Origin: Bacteroidales bacterium
GTDB lineage: Bacteria > Bacteroidota > Bacteroidia > Bacteroidales > VadinHA17
Assembly (NCBI GenBank): GCA_029974835.1
Contig: JARKQN010000022.1
Location: 699-64,698, forward strand
Length of the DNA stretch: 64,000 nt
Direction: 5' to 3'
The notes under the pieces were generated by a model that was not told the DNA's origin, did not search any database, and was given only the letters and a program-made list of their open reading frames with translations. How positions within the stretch are numbered: the first letter of the stretch is position 1; the number at the start of each line of letters is the position of its first letter. Below, in pieces: positions 10,440 to 19,620 of the stretch. A program made the translations under genes and the position numbers.

Positions 10440-11003
10440 ATGCAATTATATACTGACCTGCCGGCTCCCGTGCTTTTCAATCCGTTTAAGCATCACCTCG
10501 GTTACATACGCTATGTGGCAGGTTTGCAACAGGAATCCGTGGCGATGGGTAAAAAAGAATTCTGCAGGTTTTTGCAGCACATCGGGGGCTCTGTGACAGA
10601 TGTCTATACCGGCTCATTCGGCTGGATTGAAATATGCAGGCTTGTTATCAGTATTCTCGGGTCGGAGAATCATCTTTCGGCAGAGGATTTCCTCAGGTGG
10701 ACCGGAGAAAAACCGGATGACTTTAAAACTATCTCTTTGCCGGATAATTCATCGTGGGTGGTCAAATATCACCGCCATAAAGAACGTTGGGTACACCTGT
10801 TCCCTGCCCGTCAGAGCCTGCACACTTTAAGGGTAAAAGCCAATACCCTGAAATCCGCAATACTTTACCATGCATTTGTCGGAAAAGATTTTATTACATC
10901 CGACAGCCTCAACGAGGCCAGGGCCATATGCGGCCTATCGCCCGTAAAAAGCGTATCCGAAACGGAAGCCATTTATACAATGATTGAAATTCTGCGTACT
11001 TAA
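10440..11003 (+). CDS. Hypothetical protein between the two convergent tRNAs
   Basis: Long ORF with protein-like motifs (FNPFKHH, HLFPAR, RVKANTLKSA); start uncertain (ATG 10401 or 10440). Confidence 0.65.
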   Translation: MQLYTDLPAPVLFNPFKHHLGYIRYVAGLQQESVAMGKKEFCRFLQHIGGSVTDVYTGSFGWIEICRLVISILGSENHLSAEDFLRWTGEKPDDFKTISLPDNSSWVVKYHRHKERWVHLFPARQSLHTLRVKANTLKSAILYHAFVGKDFITSDSLNEARAICGLSPVKSVSETEAIYTMIEILRT

Positions 11004-11023
11004 GGTTCCTGCCTCCCGGCTTT

Positions 11024-11072
11024 TCTTTAGCCTTTACCCTTCAGCTTTTAACCATCGCACCTTCGCCTTTAA
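11024..11072. repeat. Degenerate heptamer tandem repeat (CCTTTAN-like, about 7 units)
   Basis: TCTTTAG CCTTTAC CCTTCAG CTTTTAA CCATCGC ACCTTCG CCTTTAA. Confidence 0.5.
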
Positions 11073-11076
11073 ACCT

Positions 11077-11102
11077 GATAAGCAGCCTCGCGGCTGCTTA
11101 TC
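11077..11102 (-). terminator. Stem-loop after tRNA-Arg (may also serve the convergent gene)
   Basis: Perfect 11 bp stem GATAAGCAGCC/GGCTGCTTATC; the loop is GCGA (GNRA) on the minus strand. Confidence 0.65.
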
Positions 11103-11105
11103 CTG

Positions 11106-11178
11106 TGATCCCGGAGCGACTCGAACGCTCAACCAACAGAACCGGAATCTGTCATTCTATCCATTGAACTACGGGACC
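11106..11178 (-). tRNA. tRNA-Arg (anticodon CCG)
   Basis: Minus strand GGTCCCG...ACAGA-TTCCGGT-TCTGT...GAGCG-TTCGAGT-CGCTC-CGGGATC-A; -7 element TAAATTTG at 11194-11201 (minus). Confidence 0.95.
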
Positions 11179-11347
11179 ATTTTATTTATGATGCAAATTT
11201 ACATTCCCTGAAGCTCTTTTCCAAGTTCCCGCCGGTTTTTTACCTGGCATCTTACCGACTACACGTTCCTGTAATAAGTGAAATCTGTCAAAGTTTTCCT
11301 ATTTTCGCACTCCGAAAACTAATATATATAATATATATAAGGTATTG

Positions 11348-14008
11348 ATGGAATACAATTTCAGAGAAATAGAAAAAAAGTGGCAGAAATACTGGGAAGA
11401 AAACAAGACTTTCAGGACAAAGGATGATTTTTCAAACCCGAACAAATATTATGTTCTTGATATGTTCCCTTACCCTTCGGGCTCGGGCCTTCACGTCGGT
11501 CATCCCGAAGGTTATACGGCTACAGACATTGTTGCCCGTTACAAGAGAATGAAGGGCTTTAATGTACTTCACCCGATGGGTTGGGATGCCTTTGGCCTCC
11601 CTGCCGAGCAGTATGCAATCCAGACAGGCACTCATCCCTCAAAAACCACAAAGGAGAACTGCGACACTTTCCGCAGGCAGATAAAGGAACTGGGACTTAG
11701 CTACGACTGGGACAGGGAAATTAATACAACGGATCCTGATTACTACAGGTGGACACAATGGATCTTCATTAAAATATACAACACCTGGTTTGATGAAAAA
11801 GAAGGTAAGGGAAGACCTGTCAGCGAATTGCCGGTACCTGAGGATATACGGAAGGAAGGAAAAGAGGCTGTAAGAAAATATATCGACTCAAAGCGTCTTG
11901 CATATTACGATAACGCCCAGGTATGGTGGTGCCCCGTATGCAGAATAGTGTGCGCTAACGAAGAAGTACTGACCGACGGATCGCATGAGAAATGCGGAAA
12001 TACCGTGGAAAAGAAAAACCTTAAGCAGTGGATGCTCAGAATTCCCCTTTACGCCGAAAGACTGCTGACAGGCATCGATAAACTCGACTGGCCTGAAGGC
12101 ATAAAGGATATGCAGCGAAACTGGATAGGAAGATCCACAGGCGCAGATGTTGACTTCAGAATCGACAATTCTGAAGAAAAAATCAGGGTATTCACCACAA
12201 GGCCCGACACTCTTTTCGGTGCGACATATATGGTTCTCTCACCGGAACATCCTCTCGTGGAAAAGCTTACAACAGCCGACAGGAAGAGCGAGGTTTTGGC
12301 TTATGTCAAAGCTGCATCACTAAAATCAGACCTCGACAGGACAGACCTCTCAAAGGAAAAAACCGGAGTTTTTACCGGCTCCTTTGCCGTCAACCCGGTA
12401 AACCTAAAAAAAATACCCGTATGGGTGGCCGATTACGTATTGACCGGTTATGGCACGGGCGCCATAATGGCAGTCCCGGCTCATGATGAACGTGACTTCG
12501 AATTTGCGGTTAAATTCGGACTGCCGATAACCTGCATCATGGATCCTGATACAGATGATCCCGGTCAGAGGCAAAGAGTCCTTGAGGGCAGGGAGTGCTG
12601 GACAGAGGATGGAAGATATATTAATTCCTCAGACAGTTCAACCGGGATAGATATTAACGGACTGAACAAGGAAGCCGGAATTGAAAAGATGATAAAATGG
12701 CTGGAGGAGAGAGAAACCGGCAAGGCAAGGGTAAATTATAAACTACGCGACTGGCTCTTCAGCCGGCAGCGTTACTGGGGTGAGCCTTTCCCTGTCATCC
12801 ACTGGGAAGACGGCGAAATAACCGTTCTCGATGAAAATGATCTCCCGCTTAAACTCCCGCCTCTTGAAAAATACCAGCCGGGCGAAACAGGCGAATCACC
12901 TCTGGCCAATGCTACTGACTGGCTTACGGTTACCGATAAAAACGGAAGAAAAGGCAGAAGAGAAACCAACACCATGCCCCAGTGGGCAGGTTCGTGCTGG
13001 TATTACCTGCGTTTCATCGACCCGCAGAATAAAAAATCAATTTTCGACCCCGAAAAGGAAAAATACTGGATGCCTGTCGACCTCTACATAGGAGGAGCCG
13101 AACATGCCGTTCTCCATCTGCTTTACAGCAGATTCTGGCATAAGGTTCTTTACGACCTTGGCATTGTCTCAACCGACGAACCCTATACAAAACTATTTAA
13201 CCAGGGAATGATACTGGCTTTTGCATATGAAACCGAAAAAGGGGCAAAAGTATCGTCGGACCTGGTTGCCGAAAAGGACGGGAAATATTTTCACTCCGAA
13301 ACGGGTGAACCCCTCAGACAGATCGTGGCAAAAATGTCCAAAACACTTAAAAATGTTATTAATCCCGACGATGTCGTAAACCGTTATGGAGCCGATTCGC
13401 TAAGGCTTTATGAAATGTTTATGGGTCCGCTCGACGTCACCAAACCATGGGATGAGAAAGGAGTTAAAGGGGTTTTCGGATTTCTGGGCCGGACTTTCAG
13501 ATTCCTCTCCGAAACAGAAAACATTACAGATGGCGAAGAAGACCAGGAGGTGCTGAAGGGATTGCACCAGGCAATAAAAAAAGTTGAAACTGATATTGAA
13601 AACCTGAGATTCAATACTGCCATCTCGGCCATGATGATTTTTATAAACCTTGCAACCAGGAAAGGTAAGATAACACGGTCAACGGCAGAGTCATTTATAA
13701 AGATTCTGGCTCCTTTTGCTCCACATACCGCAGAAGAACTTTGGCAGTTAACAGGCCACGGCAATACACTGGCCTATGAACCATGGCCCCTGTATAATGA
13801 GGAAATCCTTAAGGAGGATATGTTTGAATACCCTGTCTCATTCAACGGGAAACTCAGGTTCAGGATCGAACTCCCCCTTTCGATGCAGAAGGAAGAAATT
13901 ATCAGCAGGGTGCTTTCGGATGAGAGATCCGGGAAATGGCTTTCAGGCAAAAAGCCCGATAATGTGATTGTTGTACACGGAAAGATTGTCAACGTGGTGG
14001 TACGTTAA
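11348..14008 (+). CDS. leuS: Leucine--tRNA ligase
   Basis: [14 protein letters not shown] (HIGH), FTTRPDT editing domain, [14 protein letters not shown]. Confidence 0.97.
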   Translation: MEYNFREIEKKWQKYWEENKTFRTKDDFSNPNKYYVLDMFPYPSGSGLHVGHPEGYTATDIVARYKRMKGFNVLHPMGWDAFGLPAEQYAIQTGTHPSKTTKENCDTFRRQIKELGLSYDWDREINTTDPDYYRWTQWIFIKIYNTWFDEKEGKGRPVSELPVPEDIRKEGKEAVRKYIDSKRLAYYDNAQVWWCPVCRIVCANEEVLTDGSHEKCGNTVEKKNLKQWMLRIPLYAERLLTGIDKLDWPEGIKDMQRNWIGRSTGADVDFRIDNSEEKIRVFTTRPDTLFGATYMVLSPEHPLVEKLTTADRKSEVLAYVKAASLKSDLDRTDLSKEKTGVFTGSFAVNPVNLKKIPVWVADYVLTGYGTGAIMAVPAHDERDFEFAVKFGLPITCIMDPDTDDPGQRQRVLEGRECWTEDGRYINSSDSSTGIDINGLNKEAGIEKMIKWLEERETGKARVNYKLRDWLFSRQRYWGEPFPVIHWEDGEITVLDENDLPLKLPPLEKYQPGETGESPLANATDWLTVTDKNGRKGRRETNTMPQWAGSCWYYLRFIDPQNKKSIFDPEKEKYWMPVDLYIGGAEHAVLHLLYSRFWHKVLYDLGIVSTDEPYTKLFNQGMILAFAYETEKGAKVSSDLVAEKDGKYFHSETGEPLRQIVAKMSKTLKNVINPDDVVNRYGADSLRLYEMFMGPLDVTKPWDEKGVKGVFGFLGRTFRFLSETENITDGEEDQEVLKGLHQAIKKVETDIENLRFNTAISAMMIFINLATRKGKITRSTAESFIKILAPFAPHTAEELWQLTGHGNTLAYEPWPLYNEEILKEDMFEYPVSFNGKLRFRIELPLSMQKEEIISRVLSDERSGKWLSGKKPDNVIVVHGKIVNVVVR

Positions 14009-14020
14009 CCGGATGGGTGA

Positions 14021-15289
14021 ATGAAACATCTGGTCATCTTTTTACAAGGGCAAAAAGGCATCAGGGCTATTCTGATTGCAGCACTTATCTCTCTTACAAT
14101 TGCTTCCTGCACCCCTCACCTGGATGAAGCGCAGGGATCACCGGCACCTAAACCCGACACATCAGATGCCAAAACGGTCCGGGAAACCCCTTATATGAGA
14201 ATCCCCTTTGATTCCTTCAACATCCTGAAGGGGACAATAAGACCCAACAGGTTTCTTTCCGACATCCTTGTACCCTATGGCATTTCGCAGAACAAACTTG
14301 ATTCCCTTCTTAATAAATCCAGGGATATTTTCGATGCAAGGAAACTCAGGGCATACCATAATTACACCATTCTTACCGGCACCGACAGCAACGCTTCACT
14401 CAAATACTTTATTTATGAACATGAACCCGGTATATCATTCATTTTCAGCTTCAACGATTCTCTCAGCATTACCGAATGGCGCGAGAAGGAGGAGTCATTT
14501 ATTAAGTTCACTTCATTCACTATTGAGACATCACTCTGGGATGCGATGAAAGCATCGGGGTCGCCGTTTGAACTGGCCGGGGCTCTTTCAGATATTTTTG
14601 CCTGGACAGTTGATTTTTTCGGACTTAAGAAGGGAGATACGTTCAGGGTGATATACGAGGAAAAGCATATCGGAGAAAAAAGCGTTACCGTGGGAAGAAT
14701 ATACGGTGCCTCATACAATTCAGGATCATACTGTTGCTATGCCATACCTCTTATACAGGGCGACACTGAGGCTTACTACGATGCTGACGGGACAAGTCTG
14801 CGAAAGGCTTTCCTGAAATCTCCTCTTAAATTCAGCCGCATAACCTCAAGGTTTTCATCAGGCAGGCTGCACCCGGTTTTAAAGATAGTTAGACCGCATT
14901 ACGGGGTCGACTATGCCGCACCTGTCGGAACACCTGTATATTCAGTCGGCGACGGCAGAGTTACCGAAACAGGATCGGACGGAGAAGCCGGCCGTTTTGT
15001 GAAAATCAGACATAACAGCGTTTATTCGACTGCATATCTTCATCTGAGCGGATACGGAAAAGGCATAATGCCGGGGGCCTCCGTCAGGCAGGGGGATATA
15101 ATTGGATATGTAGGTTCAAGCGGCCTTTCCACCGGGCCGCACCTCGACTTCAGATTCTATAAGAACGGATATCCGGTTGATCCGCTGAAGGTGGAAGCCC
15201 CTCCCGTTGAGCCGGTTCTTGAGGAAAACAAAGAGAAATTCGGAAAAATAAGTTCCGCATTAATAAGAATACTCGACCAGATCGAATAA
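14021..15289 (+). CDS. M23 family peptidoglycan DD-endopeptidase (MepM-like), probable lipoprotein
   Basis: HYGVDYAAP (HxxxD), YLHLS and STGPHLDF; N-terminal hydrophobic stretch ending IASC. Confidence 0.9.
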   Translation: MKHLVIFLQGQKGIRAILIAALISLTIASCTPHLDEAQGSPAPKPDTSDAKTVRETPYMRIPFDSFNILKGTIRPNRFLSDILVPYGISQNKLDSLLNKSRDIFDARKLRAYHNYTILTGTDSNASLKYFIYEHEPGISFIFSFNDSLSITEWREKEESFIKFTSFTIETSLWDAMKASGSPFELAGALSDIFAWTVDFFGLKKGDTFRVIYEEKHIGEKSVTVGRIYGASYNSGSYCCYAIPLIQGDTEAYYDADGTSLRKAFLKSPLKFSRITSRFSSGRLHPVLKIVRPHYGVDYAAPVGTPVYSVGDGRVTETGSDGEAGRFVKIRHNSVYSTAYLHLSGYGKGIMPGASVRQGDIIGYVGSSGLSTGPHLDFRFYKNGYPVDPLKVEAPPVEPVLEENKEKFGKISSALIRILDQIE

Positions 15290-15865
15290 TCAGCCCGCTT
15301 CTCCGGTAATCAGCTTTTCAATCACCACGGGATAATACCTGTATTCAAGTTCATGAATCTTTGCCGCAAGCGTTTCGGGTGTGTCATTATCCGATACCGG
15401 GCAGCGCGCCTGAAATATCACCCGGCCGTTATCATAAACCTCATCCACATGGTGTATGGTTATTCCTGATTCCCGTACCCCCGACTTAATAACCGCCCTG
15501 TGGACCCTTTCGCCATACATGCCCTTTCCTCCGAAATCAGGAAGAAGCGCCGGGTGTATGTTTATTATCCTGTTCCTGTATTTCTGCAGAATATTTCCGG
15601 GAACCAGCCACAGAAACCCTGCAAGAACAATATAGTTTATATCATAATCCTCCAGTATCCCTAACACATTTTCTGTCTGGTAAAAATCGTGCCGGTCGAA
15701 AATTATCGCCGGCACTTTAAGTTTCTCAGATCGTTTTATAACGTAAGCTTCCGGATTATTGGACAAAACAACTGCAACTTTTGCAGTTTTCCTGTTCGAA
15801 AAGTAGTTAATTATGTTTTCCGCATTTGTGCCGGATCCTGACGCAAAAATAGCTATATTGCTCAT
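15290..15865 (-). CDS. purN: Phosphoribosylglycinamide formyltransferase
   Basis: ASGSGTN, LAGF, NIHPALLP, GITIH. Confidence 0.95.
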   Translation of the reverse strand: MSNIAIFASGSGTNAENIINYFSNRKTAKVAVVLSNNPEAYVIKRSEKLKVPAIIFDRHDFYQTENVLGILEDYDINYIVLAGFLWLVPGNILQKYRNRIINIHPALLPDFGGKGMYGERVHRAVIKSGVRESGITIHHVDEVYDNGRVIFQARCPVSDNDTPETLAAKIHELEYRYYPVVIEKLITGEAG

Positions 15866-16048
15866 TTACTGATTATTACTAAATTTTCCTGTTTCTTTTC
15901 AGGGCGAAAATATTTCACTTTATGTTGTTTAAAATGTGATAGTTATCACTTATCTTATATAAAAACAGGCCAAATCATTTGAAAAATATAGTACAAATAT
16001 ATTTCTTTGCACTATCTTTAAAATGAGTATTAATTAAAATTTAAGACT

Positions 16049-16285
16049 ATGTCAGACATTGCCAAAAGAGTAAAAGAGATTATTGTTGACAAGCTTGGAG
16101 TTGACGAATCAGAAGTGACTCCCGAAGCCAGCTTCACCAATGACCTTGGGGCTGATTCTCTTGATACTGTCGAACTGATAATGGAATTTGAAAAAGAATT
16201 CAATATCGGGATTCCCGACGACCAGGCAGAATCAATCAGCACGGTTGGAGAAGCAATTAAGTATATCGAGGAGAATGCGAAATAG
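16049..16285 (+). CDS. acpP: Acyl carrier protein
   Basis: [12 protein letters not shown]. Confidence 0.97.
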   Translation: MSDIAKRVKEIIVDKLGVDESEVTPEASFTNDLGADSLDTVELIMEFEKEFNIGIPDDQAESISTVGEAIKYIEENAK

Positions 16286-16310
16286 CATTGCTTCCCTTTA
16301 AATCAGATTT

Positions 16311-17558
16311 ATGAAAAGAGTTGTAGTTACAGGACTGGGAGCTTTGACTCCGATAGGTAATACTTTGCCTGAATTCTGGGAGGCTTTAAAGAATGGTGTA
16401 AGCGGTGCAGAGCTTATCACCAGGTTCAATACTGAAAAATTCAAAACAAAATTTGCCTGTGAGCTTAAAAATTACGACTCTTTAAAGTACTTCGAAAAAA
16501 AAGAAGCCAACAAGCTCGATCTTTACTCCCAATATGCCCTTGTGGCAGCAGATGAAGCCCTGAAGGACTCAGGGCTGAATCCGGATTCCCTCAACAAGGA
16601 GAGGATTGGTGTGGTCTGGACTTCGGGTATAGGAGGTCTGGATACCTTTTATGAGTCTATCCGTTCCTATGTGCTTGGTGACGGCACCCCGAGGTTCAGT
16701 CCATTTTTTATTCCCAAAATGATCAGTAATATCGCAGCAGGCCTTATTTCCATAAAATATGGATTTATGGGTCCAAGTTTCTCAACTGTTTCGGCCTGCG
16801 CTTCATCAACGAATGCCATTATTGACGCTGTAAATTATTTAAGGCTTGGGAAGGCCGAGGTATTTATCACCGGAGGTTCTGAGGCTGCCATAAATGAACC
16901 CGGTATCGGAGGGTTTAATTCCATGCAGGCTCTTTCCACAAATAATGAAGAGTACAAGAGCGCATCGCGCCCGTTCGACAAGACCAGGGACGGTTTTGTA
17001 ATGGGAGAAGGCGCCGGCGCACTGGTGCTCGAGGAACTGGAGTTTGCCAGAGCCCGTGGTGCAAGGATTTATGCCGAAGTTATCGGAACAGGGATGTCGG
17101 CCGATGCTTTTCATCTTACTGCGCCTCACCCGGAAGGACTGGGTGCCAGGAACGTAATGAGAAACGCTCTGGAAGATGCAGGTATCAGCCCGGACAAAAT
17201 TGACTATATTAACGTCCACGGAACAGCCACTCCTCTCGGCGACGTTGCGGAAGCCAAAGCAATAATAGCTGTTTTCGGAGAACATTCGTATAAGCTTAAT
17301 ATCAGCGCCACAAAGTCTATGACCGGCCACCTGCTCGGTGCTGCAGGCGCTGTTGAAGCCCTTGCGGCCATAATGGCTTTAAAAGAAGATATCGTTCCTC
17401 CGACCATCAATTTCAGGAATCCTGATCCCGATATTGACCCCAGGCTCAATATCACACCTAACCAGGCCCAGCGCAGAACCATAAACTATGCCCTTAGCAA
17501 TACATTCGGATTCGGAGGGCAGAACGCTTCACTAATATTTAAAAAATACGAGAGCTAG
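16311..17558 (+). CDS. fabF: Beta-ketoacyl-ACP synthase II
   Basis: RVVVTGLG, SACASS, HGTATP, KSMTGHLLGAAG, NTFGFGGQN. Confidence 0.95.
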   Translation: MKRVVVTGLGALTPIGNTLPEFWEALKNGVSGAELITRFNTEKFKTKFACELKNYDSLKYFEKKEANKLDLYSQYALVAADEALKDSGLNPDSLNKERIGVVWTSGIGGLDTFYESIRSYVLGDGTPRFSPFFIPKMISNIAAGLISIKYGFMGPSFSTVSACASSTNAIIDAVNYLRLGKAEVFITGGSEAAINEPGIGGFNSMQALSTNNEEYKSASRPFDKTRDGFVMGEGAGALVLEELEFARARGARIYAEVIGTGMSADAFHLTAPHPEGLGARNVMRNALEDAGISPDKIDYINVHGTATPLGDVAEAKAIIAVFGEHSYKLNISATKSMTGHLLGAAGAVEALAAIMALKEDIVPPTINFRNPDPDIDPRLNITPNQAQRRTINYALSNTFGFGGQNASLIFKKYES

Positions 17559-18289
17559 TGCCTCTCTTCAGCAAACGGAAAAACGGCACATTAATCCTTA
17601 ACCGCAGGGAGTTTAAAGCGCAGATCCGTAAAATCCTGGGCACAAATCCGGGTAATATAGGCATTTACGAAATGGCGCTGATACACCGCTCCGCATCAAT
17701 AAAACTCCCCGACGGTTCCAGGGTGAATAATGAACGCCTCGAGTTCCTCGGCGATTCAATACTTAACAGCATCCTTTCGGATTTCCTTTTCAGGAAATAT
17801 CATAACGCCAGTGAAGGTTTCATGACCAAGATGAGATCCAAAATCGTCAACCGGGAGTTTTTTAATCATCTGGCTGTTTCAATCGGACTTGACAGGATAC
17901 TTGTTTCAAACATCCCTCCTTCCACCACAACAAGAAAAATGTACGGGAATGCCCTTGAAGCTTTCATCGGAGCCCTTTTTATTGATAAGGGATATGTTAA
18001 AACCCGTAAAATCTTCATAGAAAAAATTCTGATGAAGCATATAGACCTCGAAAAACTTATCTCTACCGACAACGATTACAAAAGCCTTGTTTTTGAATGG
18101 ACTCAGAAAAGAAAACTGAACCTCTCATTCATAAATAACGAGGATTACGATTTTAAAACGAAAAAAAGTGTTTTTTCATCCACACTGCTGATAGAAAAGA
18201 CAGAATATGGCAGGGGGTACGGAGCTTCAAAAAAGGAAGCTGAGCAGGAAGCATCGTGCCAGGCATGGAACAAGATTAACAATAATTGA
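17558..18289 (+). CDS. rnc: Ribonuclease III
   Basis: NERLEFLGDS signature and C-terminal dsRBD (SKKEAEQ); GTG start overlaps the fabF stop. Confidence 0.92.
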   Translation: MPLFSKRKNGTLILNRREFKAQIRKILGTNPGNIGIYEMALIHRSASIKLPDGSRVNNERLEFLGDSILNSILSDFLFRKYHNASEGFMTKMRSKIVNREFFNHLAVSIGLDRILVSNIPPSTTTRKMYGNALEAFIGALFIDKGYVKTRKIFIEKILMKHIDLEKLISTDNDYKSLVFEWTQKRKLNLSFINNEDYDFKTKKSVFSSTLLIEKTEYGRGYGASKKEAEQEASCQAWNKINNN

Positions 18290-18337
18290 ACCGTGTAAGT
18301 ATTTTTTACTACCTTTAATGTTTGTTTCCGTCATGCT

Positions 18338-18775
18338 ATGGCGACCAGTAAAAAGATCACAAGGTTCAGCCTTGATATTCCGGACGATGGATTTAATTAT
18401 TCTGTTTTTGGTTTGGTAACCTCTGAACCGGATTACAGGCTTTCATTCTCCCTTAACAGGAAGCTGAATATCAACCTAAAGAAACATGACCCCATTGAGA
18501 TTACCGGCTCCGACGGAGCAAAGATTCTGTTCAGCCGGTTTACAGATCTTTCTGACCACCCCGATGAATTTTACACCCTCGCGGTAAACAGAACAGGCAA
18601 TAAACTCTTCTCCCGGAAATATAACCAGGTCGACTACCTGTTTCTTAAAGGCGGCACCCGGGGCTCCGAAGGGTTCAATAAACTGCTTACATCCCTGCGA
18701 AACCTTGAAGGTATTACAGCCGTTTTTCATATTAAGGAAAAAGAAATCAACATTGATGCCCTTCTACCACACTAA
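18338..18775 (+). CDS. IPExxxVDY-family-like conserved Bacteroidota protein
   Basis: DYRLSFSLNRKL and QVDYLF; this position after rnc is typical of the family. Confidence 0.65.
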   Translation: MATSKKITRFSLDIPDDGFNYSVFGLVTSEPDYRLSFSLNRKLNINLKKHDPIEITGSDGAKILFSRFTDLSDHPDEFYTLAVNRTGNKLFSRKYNQVDYLFLKGGTRGSEGFNKLLTSLRNLEGITAVFHIKEKEINIDALLPH

Positions 18776-18786
18776 ATAAAACCACA

Positions 18787-19278
18787 ATGGAAAAACTCTA
18801 TTTTGACCTTACCGAACATGAGTTTTCAAAAGGAAGAAAAATACTCCTCTGGATATTCTGCTTTTCTTTCTTCCTTGCAGGTGTTGCAATCGTATATATG
18901 TATTTAATTGAACACGACCTTGCAATCCACGTATCTTATTCCATCGCGCCTTTCTCCATCAGTCTTTTTGCCGGCTTTATAGCTGTACTGGCATCAATTA
19001 AGAAAAAAAATCACTATTTTGTTATCGACGACGAGAAAATTGAGTACCGCTACGGGCTGGTAAAACCGGTACTCAGAAGTTACAGGTGGGATAACATCAA
19101 GGAAGTCCATCTTGCCCACATGAGCATTAAAGTAAGGCTTCTTCATTATGACGGCACGGTATCGGTTGTTAACCTTACATGGCTCGAAAAGAAGAAATCC
19201 TCCGCAATCAGAAAACATATATACCACGCGTCGAGGGAAAAAAACATCCCGGTTCTTAAATTCAGATCCTTTAACTGA
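18787..19278 (+). CDS. Hypothetical membrane protein (two TM helices plus possible PH-like domain)
   Basis: Two hydrophobic helices, then IDDEKIEYR..WDNIKEV. Confidence 0.7.
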   Translation: MEKLYFDLTEHEFSKGRKILLWIFCFSFFLAGVAIVYMYLIEHDLAIHVSYSIAPFSISLFAGFIAVLASIKKKNHYFVIDDEKIEYRYGLVKPVLRSYRWDNIKEVHLAHMSIKVRLLHYDGTVSVVNLTWLEKKKSSAIRKHIYHASREKNIPVLKFRSFN

Positions 19279-19310
19279 TTCTCCATATTCAGCCAATTAC
19301 CGGGCAATAT

Positions 19311-19349
19311 AAAAAAGAAGGGCCGCCGGAACCGGCGACCCACTTTTTT
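19311..19349 (-). terminator. Bidirectional intrinsic terminator, better paired on the minus strand
   Basis: Minus: GGGTCGCCG-GTTC-CGGCGGCCC-TTCTTTTTT (one U-G pair); the plus strand has a C-A mismatch and is also followed by TTTTTT. Confidence 0.75.
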
Positions 19350-19395
19350 GATAACCCTAAAACTAACCTAACCTATGAAAAAAACCTCTATATCT
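19311..19395 (-). ncRNA. Putative trans-acting small RNA (sRNA-1), divergent from rprX
   Basis: Minus strand has promoter elements, a GU-rich single-stranded region UUUUUUUCAUAGGUUAGGUUAG and an intrinsic terminator; ends approximate. Confidence 0.55.
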
Positions 19396-19399
19396 TGAT

Positions 19400-19432
19400 T
19401 TCAAAAACCGTGCCAAACTCTTTGCAAAGATA
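19400..19432 (-). promoter_or_regulatory. Sigma54-like -24/-12 site (TGGCACGGTTTTTGAA, 19415-19400) plus sigma-A -7 element (TATCTTTG, 19432-19425)
   Basis: Perfect TGGCACG; -12 is TTGA instead of TTGC; no ORF downstream, only a terminator. Confidence 0.55.
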
Positions 19433-19565
19433 AAAACAAATTATTTATTAAAAAAATTATCTGTCGTTAAATTCAATATTTAACAAATTTTTAATATCCG
19501 CTGAAAGATTTTAAGAATTCCACCCCCCTGCAGGTATGAGATTAAAGCCCAAAAAGGAACCTATT

Positions 19566-19615
19566 GTTAAAGAAAGTTAAAGTGTGTTAAAATCTTCCGG
19601 TTCGGACTACCTTTG
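19566..19615 (+). promoter_or_regulatory. rprXY promoter: three GTTAAA direct repeats at 10 bp period plus -7 element TACCTTTG
   Basis: GTTAAA at 19566, 19576 and 19586; TACCTTTG at 19608-19615. Confidence 0.55.
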
Positions 19616-19620
19616 TATTG

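Noticed and set aside
10984-11211. 75 aa ORF
   Set aside because: It runs through heptamer repeats and the antisense of tRNA-Arg.
11321-11340. AATATATAT tandem duplication before leuS
   Set aside because: Short AT-rich 5' UTR typical of the phylum; no evidence of function.
19375-19398. Plus-strand micro-ORF MKKTSIS in a strong-looking initiation context
   Set aside because: It lies just after a terminator with no plus-strand promoter; better explained as the complement of the minus-strand sRNA seed.
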